From Octopus bimaculoides (Eukaryota), in contig NC_068981.1 in assembly GCF_001194135.2 (NCBI RefSeq), positions 39,682,126-39,746,125 on the forward strand: a stretch of 64,000 bases of DNA, read 5' to 3'. Of the stretch, positions 14,105 through 27,440 are shown piece after piece. The position numbers were made by a program, and so were the translations under genes. The notes under the pieces are model-generated. The model was given only the letters and a program-made list of their open reading frames with translations, was not told where the DNA came from and did not search any database. Position 1 is the stretch's first letter, and every line of letters starts with the position of its first letter.

Positions 14105-14790
14105 TATGCATTGAAATCCATCTCTTGACCAAGTTTGCACATGAGGCTGATAACATCATAAGTTATGGAGGGCACCTCCTTGAGCAACATACTTTGTCTG
14201 ATAACCTAGAATACATGCCCAAAGAAGTCGTACGACTCTACAGCAATGTACCATCAGATAAAAGAATGAGCCTATATGAGCAGAAGACTATACATGGATG
14301 TGTTAGTAGAAAGCTCCGAGATGATAGTAACATTGATCATCAAAGCAGTTTATCATGGACCAATAGCCGGATTACTACCACCCACTTTGAAGAGTTAGCG
14401 TTTGCAATCCAAGAACAGGAAATATCAACCAAGTACCTGATGCACAAAGAGAATAGAGATGCAGAAAAAGCAGTAAAATGTAACTACCAATGCAGACTTT
14501 GTGGAGGTAACACCGAAGATATCACCAACATGATAAGCAGTTGTCCGAAAATATCATCACAGTATTATCTACCAATGAGACATGATGTTCTAGCTAGGAC
14601 ACTCTATAATGAAATCCGCCAGAAGGATAACCCCGAGGATAAAGAAATAAGTACCCACAGTATCGCAGAAGCCATAGCCACTCGTGATAAAAAGTAGTAC
14701 TGATGGAATGTTCCAGTGAAGATCTCAATAAAATGTAAGACCAACAGACCTGATATAATGATTTGGGGTAGAGAAGAGAATAGATTGTTT
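14105..14790 (+). pseudogene. R4/Dong-clade non-LTR retrotransposon, C-terminal zinc knuckle and restriction-like endonuclease
   Basis: LAFAIQEQEISTKY ... CRLCGGNTEDITNMISSC (CCHC-like), RHD, then [23 protein letters not shown] (PD motif). Two in-frame stops where the copy at about 48085 has E and W. Confidence 0.88.
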
Positions 14791-17700
14791 GTGAGGAACT
14801 GTTTGTTGTGGTGAATTTCAGTTTTGGAAATCTGATAAACCACGCTTAGTAGGATTATCCCATTACTTGATGAAATACCGGAAATGAATTAAGAATCATG
14901 AATTTTTTTGTCCCATATATCGCCCAATAGTATTCATGTAAAACTCACTGATCGGTTAACTAAGTTACAGATTGCTTAGAGAAAGAAGGTTTGAAAGCGT
15001 TAATTGGAAATGAATTATTTGGGTTTGGTAGCATTTCAACTATTTTATGAGGACAGATGTTGAAAAGAAGCTGTCGAGTTTAGTCTTGCAGCTAGTCGAA
15101 GATTGTTTATAAAGTTGGTGAAAGTGTAAAAGATGCAGATAGGTGAAAAGCTTTGTTTATGGTTCAAAAAGAGGACAAAGTGTTAGCGCTGAAGAAATTT
15201 ATACAGAACTTTGTGATTGATGGAGCAAAATGGAAATGTAAACCACAACGCATGAATTGCAACGTGTAAAAAGTAACACATCAAGAAATTATGCTACCTT
15301 CAGACAGGCCTCCAGGTCTGTAATATTACAACAGGAACCGAAGGAGTCAGTGATGGTGTTAAAACCATTAACTAATGCAAACGATTTAAAATGACAAACC
15401 TGCAGAAAGAAACGGGAGAATTTTGTGCGCATTGAAATTACCATGAACGATGGATTCACCAATATCTACAAGGACTAGAGAATCTATCGTTTTTAGTGAA
15501 TTATCTTTCGTCTTATATGTCAAAGAATTTGGAAAGTGAAAGGGGAAAAGTTGCACGTAGACTCATGAAGAAGAGAAACTCCCAACAAAGTAAATGACAA
15601 TACTTGCCTTAAAAGAAATGAATGACAAGGAAAGTGTAATCTCCATCAATGAACACACTCTACTTAGAAGATAAATTGAGCTCTAGTACGTAACCCGATC
15701 AGCACAGATGTACTGTTAATAACGACCAGCTGCACGGGTAATACGTCTCAGAAATCACAAGCGTTTTTTTGTATATAAGAATGGGTTGGGAGAAGGTTTA
15801 TCTTACCCTATGTCCGTGTATCTTACCCTGTGATCATGTTTTTGGAAATAAAGGTATAATTACAGCTCATTTGAAATGAAACGTGATAGTAATTTAATGA
15901 AAGGTATTTTATATCCATTAGAATGTTAAATATTCTTATTCACAGCAGGTTAATTTTATGCATTTTACACAGAGAGAGACAAATCGAACCATAGTTAAAA
16001 AATATTATAATCAATTACCTTGGTTGTTGAACCACAAAACAGTTACGATCGAGCAGAGCTGTGATGAAAATTATTAAGCACATGGTCATATCTTTATCTC
16101 AGGTACAGTGTATCTACGACTACATGAAATGTCATCTTTTCGTGTGAGATGATGTTGTGATGAGAGATATTTGCTTGCTACTTCTAGCAGGTAAAACCAC
16201 CATGTAGAGATCAAGCCATTGGTTCATTAATATTATGACCAGTAATTTCATTAGGAACGACCTTTGATATTGTACATTTATTTCAATGTTCATATTTAAA
16301 ACAAATGCTCTAAATTTATATTTATTTACACGATGTTCTTTGTGAACATTTCGTAAATATTTAAAAAATATAATTAAAATGAAACAAAATATCTATACAT
16401 TGTATTCTATTAGAATAATAATAGGAAACCAGTCAGTAAAATGTCCGGCGTTTGATCAAAATTAATACCGCTGAATTAAATCTAAAATTTATTACTCTCT
16501 TTAATATGCTAATCGTAAACTCAGATATGGTAATCCATACTAAAAATTGTCCATTTTATTCCTAAAAAGCCACTGTTGCCTTGCTTTTGATACTTGTTGC
16601 TTTCAACACAATAAAACTACTTCTGTAAATCTTTATTCTGAACAACAAGCTACATTCGTTCGCCTACCATCTTACGTTAGTATTCAATACAGTTTTTAAT
16701 CAATCCTTCACTGTCCAGTGACGAGCTGATAGAGTTCATAAATTATTCAAAGAAATTGCACACAAGTCAACTTACGAAACAACGCAATTATTTTTATTTT
16801 CCATTAAAGTTACCTTATTTGCATAAAAACAAAATAGTGAATTATCTGCGGCTACTTTATTCGAACCGTCAGCATGAAGTGCATTTCGTGGTGGAGTGGT
16901 TTTACTGATTAATTGCTAGCGCCACATAGTCAATCTCTGCTGCTAAATATGTCATTGAGTTAGTGACATTTATTACACAAGTGACAAAGTTTCACTATCA
17001 TTTCAAGCAACAGTCTGTACCCGAACAGAACAAGAGCTGACAAGGGGAAAATTGCAAATCATCACTCAATCTACTCGAAAAGTCTGTTCAAGGAAAATGT
17101 TTCATGACCGCACAAAGAGAATGGCACGAATACCTAATGAAGTTGGTAGGATGGGATTTTAGCATGCTTTCACAATATTGACAGGTTTCCTGTACTTTTT
17201 ATTTACATCTCCTGTTTGTAAATTAGCCAATGATATAGGTTAATATCGATGTTATTCGGTGAGAATAAATTTATGCAAATTTTAACATTATTAAAGTGCA
17301 ATCCTAACTAAATTTGTGCATCACCAACTCCTTATTTAAATTATCAGATATAAGCAAAACAACAGTGTACGCTTTCATTTAAGCAGTTATGTTTTTATAA
17401 AACATTCATATTGGTTTTAGTTACCTGCTAAAACTTCAGTGTATGCAAATTATTGTTCCAACAATCCTAGGAATCTCTGATTTCTTGAAACAGATTTATC
17501 TTCATTTGATTCGGAGGGGGAAAGAGTAAGTGGCGATATTTGTTTTTCATTTGAGTGGGAGTGCTATATTCATTTATTTTTATTTGAAAGTAGATATTTT
17601 TGCGTGTGTTACATTGGAGACGTGTTTGTCTGAGCATGGATGTTCATAGCCTAGTAAAGATGTCACATTTTGCGATTAGAAAAAAATTTAACTTTGACGA

Positions 17701-17991
17701 GTTTAATTTCTTAATAAGTTGAATAGTATATGATTGCATCTATTGGTATGACAATTGAACAACAGTTTGTTTGCAGAAATAAGGTAACTGGTATCTGAGA
17801 TTCCAGTCAATGTAAATCATGATAGAGGGTTAGTAACTGTATGTTTTGGATATGGTGACAAAGTCAGTGTTCTTTAGTAGAATTTTAAAATTTCTTTAGT
17901 AAATTACTTTATTATTATGTTGTGCTTTGGGGTAGAAAGAGCGAAAATTAGTGTTTATTAGCATTTCTATAAACAGAGAGGGAGAATATAT

Positions 17992-18057
<66 letters not shown>
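17992..18057. repeat. (GATA)n microsatellite
   Basis: Direct reading. Confidence 0.98.
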
Positions 18058-18058
<1 letters not shown>

Positions 18059-18353
18059 AATCCACACAAGTAACATAAGTACGGTTATGAGAAAAAGAGA
18101 AAAAGTATATGAATTTAGACAAGAGAACTACGTGACTGGAAGAAGAGTAGTTATACAAAATGTGGATGGCACAAAAGTGTAGTAATGCAAATGGTGAATA
18201 AAGTAATGATGAAAATAATACAAGTCAAAGATTCCTGTCAAGACCCCTGTAAAATGCCAGCATTAGGACTCTAGCACTGGAAATCAATTGCTTGACAAAG
18301 GTTAAAGACTAAGGTAGACAAAATATCTGTAACAAATCAAAGTTAATGTGAGA

Positions 18354-18823
18354 CTGAAATATCTCTAGCGTTCTTCCTGGCTACTGCTGGGAGAATTTTT
18401 ATCTCCCTTGGATATTTATAGCGTTTTAGTACAATGCGTCCATGATGGTGCTATTTCGGGATGAATACCGCAGTGACAGGCCTATCGACAGCGTGTATAC
18501 ATTTATTATGCTATATAGATGACCATTTTAATTTAATACTACCTCAATTGCGTACACTTATTCGTAACATCAGTGAATATTCTGTTCACTCTTTTCTCCT
18601 CAGAAATGATAAATTCTGGTTCGAGTATGGTGTTGATTGCGATTACTTGCCACTGAAAAAGCCCAAATAGGCCGAAATGGATCTAACGTTCTCTTCGCCA
18701 CTGCTGGGATAAATATTCGTCTCCCTCTGATATCTGTTAAGTTTTAGCAGAGAGCATATCTCGGGGCGAATACTGCAGTAACTGGGCTATTGACAGTGTA
18801 TATACATGCAATGCTGTCTATAG
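18354..18823. repeat. Diverged local duplication (about 150-bp units at 18354-18519 and 18672-18823)
   Basis: Shared blocks in the same order: gaaat..tcta.cgtt, actgctggga, ctccc..gatat, gttttag, cggg..gaatac.gcagt.ac.gg.ctat.gacag.gt.tatacat, tgct..ataga. Confidence 0.8.
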
Positions 18824-20493
18824 AAATGAGAAGATTTATAAAAGGTGGAGTTCTACTGTTCTTACTGGTTGTTTATTAAATTATAAAGATGATAAATCCA
18901 TTTTGTTTCTCTTATTCCCTTATTAAGTCATTTTTATTTTCCTAAAACTATTTTTAAATTAAGAGACTTTTCTAGGCTATACAATAAACCAATTTCATAT
19001 AATCTTCATCCGAAATAATAAATATTTTTACACAGCCTTAATTTCTTGCAATGCTGGAACAATTAAACTTCAACTATTAGCTTCCTTTCCGTGAAATATA
19101 AATGCCTAAACGTAGAGCTTTTCTGGTTGTAAAATACAGATCAATGCGACATCACAAAATGATTAAGTAGCCGCTTTAAGTGGCCAACGTTGATATTTGT
19201 TAGGCTGTACATAATACATTGTAATAAACTAACCATCTTATATGGAAAATTTGTTTTGCAAATATCGCATAGCCATCCCACTTCACCTTTACGTGAATTT
19301 GTTTCCTTTTTGCTGCTATTTATTTATTCATTTATTTTATTTACTTTTTTTGCAATAACTTTATTAGATTCCTACTTGCGTTGTCCGGAAGTTATGAATG
19401 GTGCTAATTCTGTCTTCAAGGGTTACTTCCAAGTTAACTTTTATAAATCTAATAACCTCACTTTTCCATTATTGTGATATATACAACAATCGACAACTTT
19501 AGCTCAATTTATGATAGTAGATTCACATATTACTTTCACAAAATCAGTTGATGAATACCATTCACTTAGGCATAAATTGAGAATTCCGCCGCATAACATT
19601 CCCAATATTGTTAGCTCACTTTAATTTTTATTAATAGTGAGTTTCGTAAACACTTATGTTATGTGTATATACTTCAACATGTATAATTGAACTAAGTGTA
19701 TATAAGGTTGTTCTTTCAGTTTGTGATAATGTTGGTTGATTTATGTATCTTCATATTTAGTTTTCTATTTGAAATATGTCTCTTGTTAATTTGTTCCGAG
19801 TAACGTCAAAATGAAAAGTCTCTCTTTATGAAAAGACATAAACTTTGTTCGTTTAAAGATTGTGTTTTCTGTCTATATAACGATACAGTGACACAAAGTA
19901 ATAACTTAGATTCTTCCCGAAATGCATAAAGGTAATGGTGAAATTCTCAGTCAGCCATAAACTAAGCATTAAACCATCATTAAAAATAAGTCATGAACAA
20001 TTTTCGGACGTTTATTCATTTGTACAACTTAGAGATTTTTGTTTGTTTTTTTCTCATGTCATTCTGTGCTTGCTAGCGCTGTTATTTAGCGATTGAGATC
20101 TTTGCAACATCCCGCAAATGTGTTTGTAGTTTTTCCCTCTAAGTACAAAAAGAAGTATAAAGAAGTATAGTAGACCTTTCCTTCCTTGACCTTTATGTAA
20201 GTTGTTTATCATCTGTTTTTATGCTTTAAACGATTACAACTCTGCAGCCAACTAAACACAAATTTTAATTGCATCAGCTCAAATAATAATTATCTAGAAT
20301 GTTTGCTATTGCAACCATTTACGATAACTTAATGTTTTTGAGAATGCTGCGTCTGAACTAATAAATTTCGAATTTTCAGGACGAAATTTCAAAGATAGTA
20401 ATTTTATCCGTCGTTTCTAAATTATATTCAATCCTCACTAATGTATTATTTTATGAATTTTTAGTGTAAATATCATTTACACTTAGAGGCATT

Positions 20494-20900
20494 TCATCCA
20501 TCTTTAAAACGTTCTGAGTTCAGATTCCGACAAGGTCGACATTTCTTTTCATCATTTTGTAACCGATAAAATAAGTACCATTTGAGCACTGGGGTCAATG
20601 TAATCGACTTAACCCCCCCTCCCCTGAATTTGCTGGCCTTCTGCCAAAATTTGGAACTAATACTTCTATTTTCATTAAAGCGTCGAGATAGCAACATTAA
20701 AGCGTCGAGCGAGCGCCGGGAAAAATGCTTAGAGGCATTTCTTCCGACTTTACTTTCTGGATTCAAATGCCACCGGGATCAACTTTGCTTTTCATCATTT
20801 TGGCGTCGATAAACTAAATACCAGGTGAATTCTGGCATTTATGTAATCAGATTATTCCCTCGCCCGAATTTGATGGCCTACTGCCTAAATTTCAAATCAG
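20494..20900 (+). mobile_element. Two head-to-tail SINE family B copies (about 20494-20660 and 20690-20900)
   Basis: Each contains ctg(a/g)(g/a)ttca.at, tttcatcatttt, gtaatc, gaatttg.tggcct.ctgcc.aaattt. Confidence 0.8.
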
Positions 20901-21169
20901 TAATTTTATTCTCATTTGTTATTCACATAACAATTGTGTAGATTCTCATCCTAAATTCAAAGGAATTATGTCAGCGAAAGAATAAAATATAGTTATATGA
21001 GTATATGTAGGTTGTACTCAATACTAATTATTAATTTTAATTATTAATTTTTTATGAGACTTCTTTGAAGATAAAAGAAAACAAAATTTTAATTCTAAAT
21101 TCATGGGAAGCCGAAGCAACAAACTAGTAAATGCATGAGCATTTATTATTTACTTTCAATGGCTAGATT

Positions 21170-21780
21170 ATGGATTCAAGTTTTGCATCAACGGTGGCTT
21201 TCAGTTTACTTGGTTCATTAAAATTCAAATCAAAAAAATTTTGGATAAGGGATTTCTTAGTTCGTAGTGCTGTGGCTAGAATAAACGGTCATTATCAGCT
21301 GATGGTGCATGGTTTAATAGAAGATGGTGTTTATACATATGTTAAATATTACAATAAGTAAACCTAATCGGTGAATCCCGACGAAGGCTTCGTCGATTAA
21401 GATTAAGAGGATTGCACGCAAAAGATGTCGGATGTTCTCCGATAAGCTTTCAAACCATGGTAACGGAAACGTTCGGTGTGCTTGTCCCTCGAGTCACTTC
21501 TCATTTCTGCTGATTGAAGATAAGTAGAAACGAGCTTCACGAAGTGATTTAGTACTTCCGCTGTATCTCTTTCAACACCCAGCATTTTGCTGCGACTAAA
21601 AACCATTTGAACAAGACTGTGTATTATACTTCTCAGGTGGTTAATCCTCTTTCAAATTTGTAAATGTCAGATAATTCTAGATGTATATTTTTGCCACCAC
21701 TGCTAATATCAGGAAATATTTCATATATATATACAATAATTTATTGTAACTTTTATCAAATTCATTGGTGCTTATATAGA
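21170..21780 (+). pseudogene. Possible PIF/Harbinger transposase remnant
   Basis: KKFWIRDFL...INGHYQLMVHGLIEDG..YVKYY resembles the Harbinger N-terminal pattern (W(V/I)R...G.(Y/F)..LV.EL.ED....Y), and LPPLLISGNIF..Y...SLVL near 21710 resembles PPNSGS.F.NYKG.FS.VL. The intervening sequence is too decayed to align by eye. Confidence 0.4.
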
Positions 21781-22023
21781 ATGATGAAATGTCAATAATT
21801 TTCGAATGAAAAATAAAACTTACTTTAAAATGAAATTTAAAAAACAAAATAAATGTCTCGTAAATTTACAATAAATAGTTATAATTAATCTTCTAAATTT
21901 TATCAACATAACCACTGCTCCATTGAAAACTTATGTCAACAGAATTTTTATTCCTCCAATAACTACTCTATCATTTAATCTCACTCTTTCTCCTCCTTAT
22001 TCTCCCTTATCTCTTTCTTTCTC

Positions 22024-22074
<51 letters not shown>

Positions 22075-23147
22075 GTGTATTCGTCCAGTATTGCTTTACT
22101 AATTGCCTGGCACCATGCCTAGTATATGCACTTATCTTGTACTTCTTATATTAACTCTATTATCTCTCCTTTACTTTCTCTCCGCCTCTGTAAAGCATGA
22201 CAGGAGTATTGACCAACCAACCAACTAAGAGTTATATCTTCTCTTATTAGAAATATTTTATGAATCAACAGTCCATCATTAGATTATTAATATGTAGTTA
22301 GTATGTGGTAACAAAATCTAAATTACTGTTCATATCATAGACTAAGAGCACTTCCTCCTGCACTACACTTCTGAAAACGATGACCAGTGTTTTATAATTT
22401 TTGTGAACAATTACAAAACATTAAAGTCTTTCGTAGATGTTATAGTCAACGTTTACTGCATTATTTTTGGTTGTGCCTACTTAAACTGTTCTTTCAGCTG
22501 AAGAAATATTATTCTGAATGACGAAATTAAAATTCTATCGCTATTTCAGAAACTGGCAGTATCTTACTTTTCCTTTTAACACCCAATTTGATTTCTTCCA
22601 TTAATTTCTCTCAACATTTAACGGTTTCCGTTTTTTCTCTTGTAAGTACAGATCTATCACCAAATATTCGATCATCAAGTTGACAGTTAGTAAAATATAC
22701 GCTCTACTGGATTCTTCAGTTAGTTTCAAAAATAGCCTAATATTCTGGATATGAAGATACTTTGAAGCTGTTATGGAACTTCACTGTTGCTTTTCTTTGA
22801 CTTCAATTACTCTATTTTCCGATTCATCCACACCTTGCTGTCAGTGCACACTGATTCACAAGAACTAGTTCTTTCCATTTAAAATTGTTGTTTTTTTTTA
22901 CCATTTTTGTAATCATATGCCAGATTATTTTTTCCGACATTCAACAAAAATATGATTGTTACTAAAAGTATGTTCAAATGACCAACTTATAATTGCCTGC
23001 AGTTAATATAACTGCCAAACCCAAACCATTTACTACTTCAAGTCAAGTGTTAGCTTAAACATTTTACTTACTTTTTACATAAATGATTTCTTTATAGTTT
23101 CTTTTTTGTACCTTAATTTGGGTTCAACTTAATCTCTCTTGATTTGA

Positions 23148-23204
<57 letters not shown>

Positions 23205-23509
23205 NNNNNNNNNNNNNNNNNNNNNNNNNNNNNNNNNNNNNNNNNNNNNNNNNNNNNNNNNNNNNNNNNNNNNNNNNNNNNNNNNNNNNNNNNNNNNNNN
23301 NNNNNNNNNNNNNNNNNNNNNNNNNNNNNNNNNNNNNNNNNNNNNNNNNNNNNNNNNNNNNNNNNNNNNNNNNNNNNNNNNNNNNNNNNNNNNNNNNNNN
23401 NNNNNNNNNNNNNNNNNNNNNNNNNNNNNNNNNNNNNNNNNNNNNNNNNNNNNNNNNNNNNNNNNNNNNNNNNNNNNNNNNNNNNNNNNNNNNNNNNNNN
23501 NNNNNNNNN
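23205..23509. other. Assembly gap
   Basis: N run flanked by (TG)n and (TA)n. Confidence 1.
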
Positions 23510-26109
23510 TATATATATATATATATATATATATCAAGAAAACCGATTGATTAATGATCGGTGCACATAATTGCATTAACTTCTGTATCGGGCAATAATT
23601 TATCATACTGGTCGCGAAAAGTAGAAATTTGATTGAATTTGAACTAGAATATAGAACCAAGGAACCAAATACTGAATTAACTTTAATCAGACTATTTGTT
23701 CTGCTAATTAAACTCTGACTAATTAGCGAATTAACGAGGGAGCCTCAGCGTGGTCACTCGACGTACTGAAATGTCAAGAAAAATCTCCCTCGTACCCGGC
23801 CTACTATCATAAAAATAATGAACATGTTGAATAATACGAAGCTATGCCTGGAGTGTTTTTCGTCGCTTGTATGCTAAATTAGATCGGTGGCACCATCGGA
23901 AAATTATTTCCACTGTAACTTCAAGTTGACCAATAGTTTGTGAGTGGAATTTATATATGTATGTGTTTATGAAAGTATATATGCGTGTATCTATGTGTAT
24001 CTGCGTCTATATTTCCGTTTACATTGTGCTCATTTACGTTCCGAATTTTAGCAGTAACACAAATAACCAGCAGTGAAATATTACCAGACTAAAACAGGAT
24101 GACATAACAAAATTTTAAAGCAATGTACGTTTAAGCATTTCAACTCCATCTGGTATGATTTGAGAAGTACTACTCTTATACTCATTTATTGTACGTGAAT
24201 AACGGATGTGGTTGCAAAACGTAAGATGGGTTGGAACAACTGAAACAAAGTGCAAAGAAAACATTAATATAAAAGTCATTGATTCTCTGTAAATACTGCC
24301 TAATATAGTGGAATGTAACAGCAGTTGTCTTAATTCTTTAAGCAGGAAACTAATAAATTCTAAATACGATGCAGCAAATCACTCTAAACTGAAATGTTTA
24401 TATTCGACACTGTTTTGGTGCAGACAAATTTAGGTTTTATCTTATTTCAATATTTATTTCTAATATATCATAGCAAGAAAGAAGTGTTTGTTTACTATAA
24501 CTAATATGTGTTTATAATTTATTGAAGTAATAACTAATTCACCTTCCCTTAAGGTACATTTTATGTGGGCTCTTTATTGTTTTATTGATTAATTAGAAAA
24601 TCTAAGAAAGTTATTAATGCACACAAAGCTACTTGGAGGACAAATGAGCTCAGAAGTGTTTATGTAAATGGTGGGAAATTTTAAATACCTTTACTAATTC
24701 TAAAATATTTAGCGCTTAAGTCTAGTTTTAATTCACTATACCACAGAAAAAGGAGTGTGTGTAGTTATAATAATACGCATAAAAAACATAGCCGGTATAA
24801 CAATGAACCATGAGTGAAATAAGAAGACAGACGTATCCATAAATGCATATTTCTGTTTATCATCCCGAAATAGTGTTTAATCTACTTAAATATGTCTACT
24901 TATAATACTTATATTCTAACTAGAAAAACATTTTGTCTCACAAACGTGAATCCTTGGTGTGGTGTTTTACAAGTCAACGCGGATGCCTCAATTCAGTCGC
25001 TTGACTTTCTAAGAATGGTAAGCAAATCCCTATTATATTAAGCGCTACAGTCTTAAACAAGAATGGAATAATTCAGTTCTATGAACACTAGCCTAGAAAG
25101 AGACAGGACGGATGTAGTTGGAATACCATCAAACATAGATATTCTTGATAAGATCTAATCTAGAGCTAAGCAAAACAAATACAATATAGTTTCATTGCTG
25201 AAGTTTCCACGTATTTACTTCTACTTACTGATAGGTGAACTGTACGAACACGAGCTGACTGGTATCGCTGCTGATGGAGTATAACAACACATTGCTGGTA
25301 GCTGAAAAGTCCTACAAACCAGATACTACTGAGGAAAGTATTATGCAATATTTGAAGCGAATACGAAATTATATGAAAAGATTTTTAATGTTATATTTCG
25401 GAGATAGAAGTTATACCCTTTGTGTTCCCAGCCATCCTCTCCGAGACCAGTAGTATTGACAAAATATTAATGCTTGTCATGAATAATACCGAAATGCTGA
25501 CGTTTTATTTCCCAGTAGTTAAGACAGTAAATAAACAATATGGTGAAGTTTCATAGGCAATTTCTTCGCCGACCTAAAAAGGGAACAAGAATTTCTGACT
25601 CTGCCAACAAAATGACATTTTTTTCTTTTGTTCATTATCAGTGTGAGTTGTTTGACTGTGAGTTACGTCTCGTTAAATTCAAATCAATAACTAAATTAAG
25701 TCTGACGTTGACTAACCAAGAAATTCACCCTAACAATCGCATACAAATAATGAATTATTAAATGATCAGAACAGATCTCAAATTGTAATCTTAGAACTTC
25801 TTGCAGACTATTTTCGTTACAACTGACAAATTTCAAGTGGTTTCTCATATTGCATGAAATTGTTTTGTGGATCTCTAGCTCCGCATATGGGCTAGGCACC
25901 ATGATTTATAGAGTTAAATATAAACAAAAATGAAATTAGTGTAATACGGATACAACTCCCTAAAAAGAGAATGAGGCTGAGAAAGAGTTCATTTTGGTGG
26001 CGTAGATGATAGCACAGAGCTGAAGGAAACAGTAAGGACAGTAAATATTTTAGTTTTCCTAAGCCGTCATTATATGAAATGGCAGTGTATAGGTATTTCA
26101 TATCTGAAA

Positions 26110-26650
26110 TACGAGCTGGCACCGAAAGGTTCCTGGACTAGTTATGCTTAATAAAAGATGACTTATCTACCTAAGTTTTAACATCATCTCCTTCAAAATA
26201 GTCACCTTGCGCAGCATTACACCGGTCCCAGCGTTCCTGCCACTTTTGGAATCCGGCCTGAAAGTCGTTTTCCGTAAGAGAGTCGAGGACCTTCTGCGAT
26301 TCGTTCTTCACCTCGACAACGGCGTTAAAACTGCCACCTTTGAGCTACATTTTCATCCTGAAGAAGAGAAATCTGGCGAATAGGGTGGGTACGGAAACGA
26401 TACCATGTTGTTTTTGGCGAGATACTCACGAGTAAAGAGAGCTCGGTGACAGAGTACATTGTCGTTGTGAAGAATCCGGTCGCTTTCACCGAATGTTGTC
26501 CCTCAAACGCTTCAAAACGTCGTAGTAGAACTCCCGATTGACGGTCTGGCTCTGGGGGATGAATTCTCGATGCACAATATCGCGGATATCGAGAAAAACA
26601 ATGAGCATGCTCTTGATTGAGCTGTGGCTCTGTCGTGCCTTTTGAAGCTC
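26110..26650 (-). pseudogene. Mariner transposase 3' half plus TIR (irritans-like subfamily by resemblance)
   Basis: Minus translation IKSMLIVFLDIRDIVHREFIPQSQTVNREFYYDVLKRLR ... LHNDN..CHRALFTREYLAKNNM..FPYPPYSPD ... FQKWQERWDRCNAAQGDYFEGD; terminus TA|CGAG...AAAGGTTCCTGGACT at 26110. Confidence 0.92.
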
Positions 26651-26659
26651 TCAACTCAT

Positions 26660-26900
26660 GGTATTCCGTCGGTTACGACGACATAGGTTCCAGTTGATCT
26701 GTTCAATGGAACATCCTACTCGTGAAATTAACCTGCATATGCCTGAGCATTCCACAGGCACGCATACCCTTAACACAGTTTTCAAGGAGATTCAGCGTGA
26801 CAGAGAATGTGACTAAATCAACCCTTTGAATTAGAGGTACAACTAATTTTTACCAGATGAATGGACTGGAGCAACGTGAAATAAAGTGTCTTGCTCAAGT
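26660..26900 (-). mobile_element. SINE family C fragment (RTE-like 3' tail)
   Basis: Reverse complement of the body and tail of 42080-42385 (cgtcgtaaccgacgga, gatcaactggaacc, aatttcacgag, gaatctcc.tga, gacactttatttcac). Confidence 0.8.
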
Positions 26901-27103
26901 ATGTATTATATGTATCAAGGGATAATATTTATCTTCACTTAAACGTAGATGTTCTATTAAAACAAACTATACCGCGGAAGTTACTTTGAAAGAAACTTTC
27001 ATTGTTTTTTAGTGCAAAATGCTCTCTTGTTTATACTGCAGAGAGAAATAAATCCCTGCTATATCTAGCAGTCAAGTGTCCTCCGAGGTCTAAATCACCT
27101 TAC

Positions 27104-27146
27104 CTGGTGGTGTCGGTGCTGGAGGTAGCAGGAATTTATCACCCCG
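27104..27146 (-). CDS. Candidate 43-nt exon (RGDKFLLPPAPTPP, phase 0 to 1)
   Basis: Minus strand acceptor cttgtttatatcgctag and consensus donor CAG|gtaagg; phase 0 start fits the exon at 59427-59614. Confidence 0.35.
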
Positions 27147-27280
27147 CTAGCGATATAAACAAGAGTGCATATTGCACCAACATATGAGAGCTTCTCTCAT
27201 AGTAACTACCGCAGTTCTTATGCAACGTTCACGTTTAAGTGGAGATGTCACCTATCGGTATTAACACGGACTATGTCACC

Positions 27281-27318
<38 letters not shown>

Positions 27319-27440
27319 AACGTTAAAGACTTTTTCACTTCTCGAGCGTTATACTAATACATCTGTTTGTTGTCTACACCACCTGTCTTCGTTTTTATTT
27401 TTTGGTGAATTCTCCCTCTATATATATATAATTGCATATA

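Noticed and set aside
15130-15330. KRGQSVSAEEIYTELCD, faintly like a mariner N-terminal HTH
   Set aside because: Single short patch; no further transposase motifs or TIR could be followed.
25233-25450. Plus-strand acceptor-like site and 59-aa ORF MEYNNTLLVAEKSY...
   Set aside because: In-frame stop between the acceptor and the ORF, no recognisable motif and no convincing donor.
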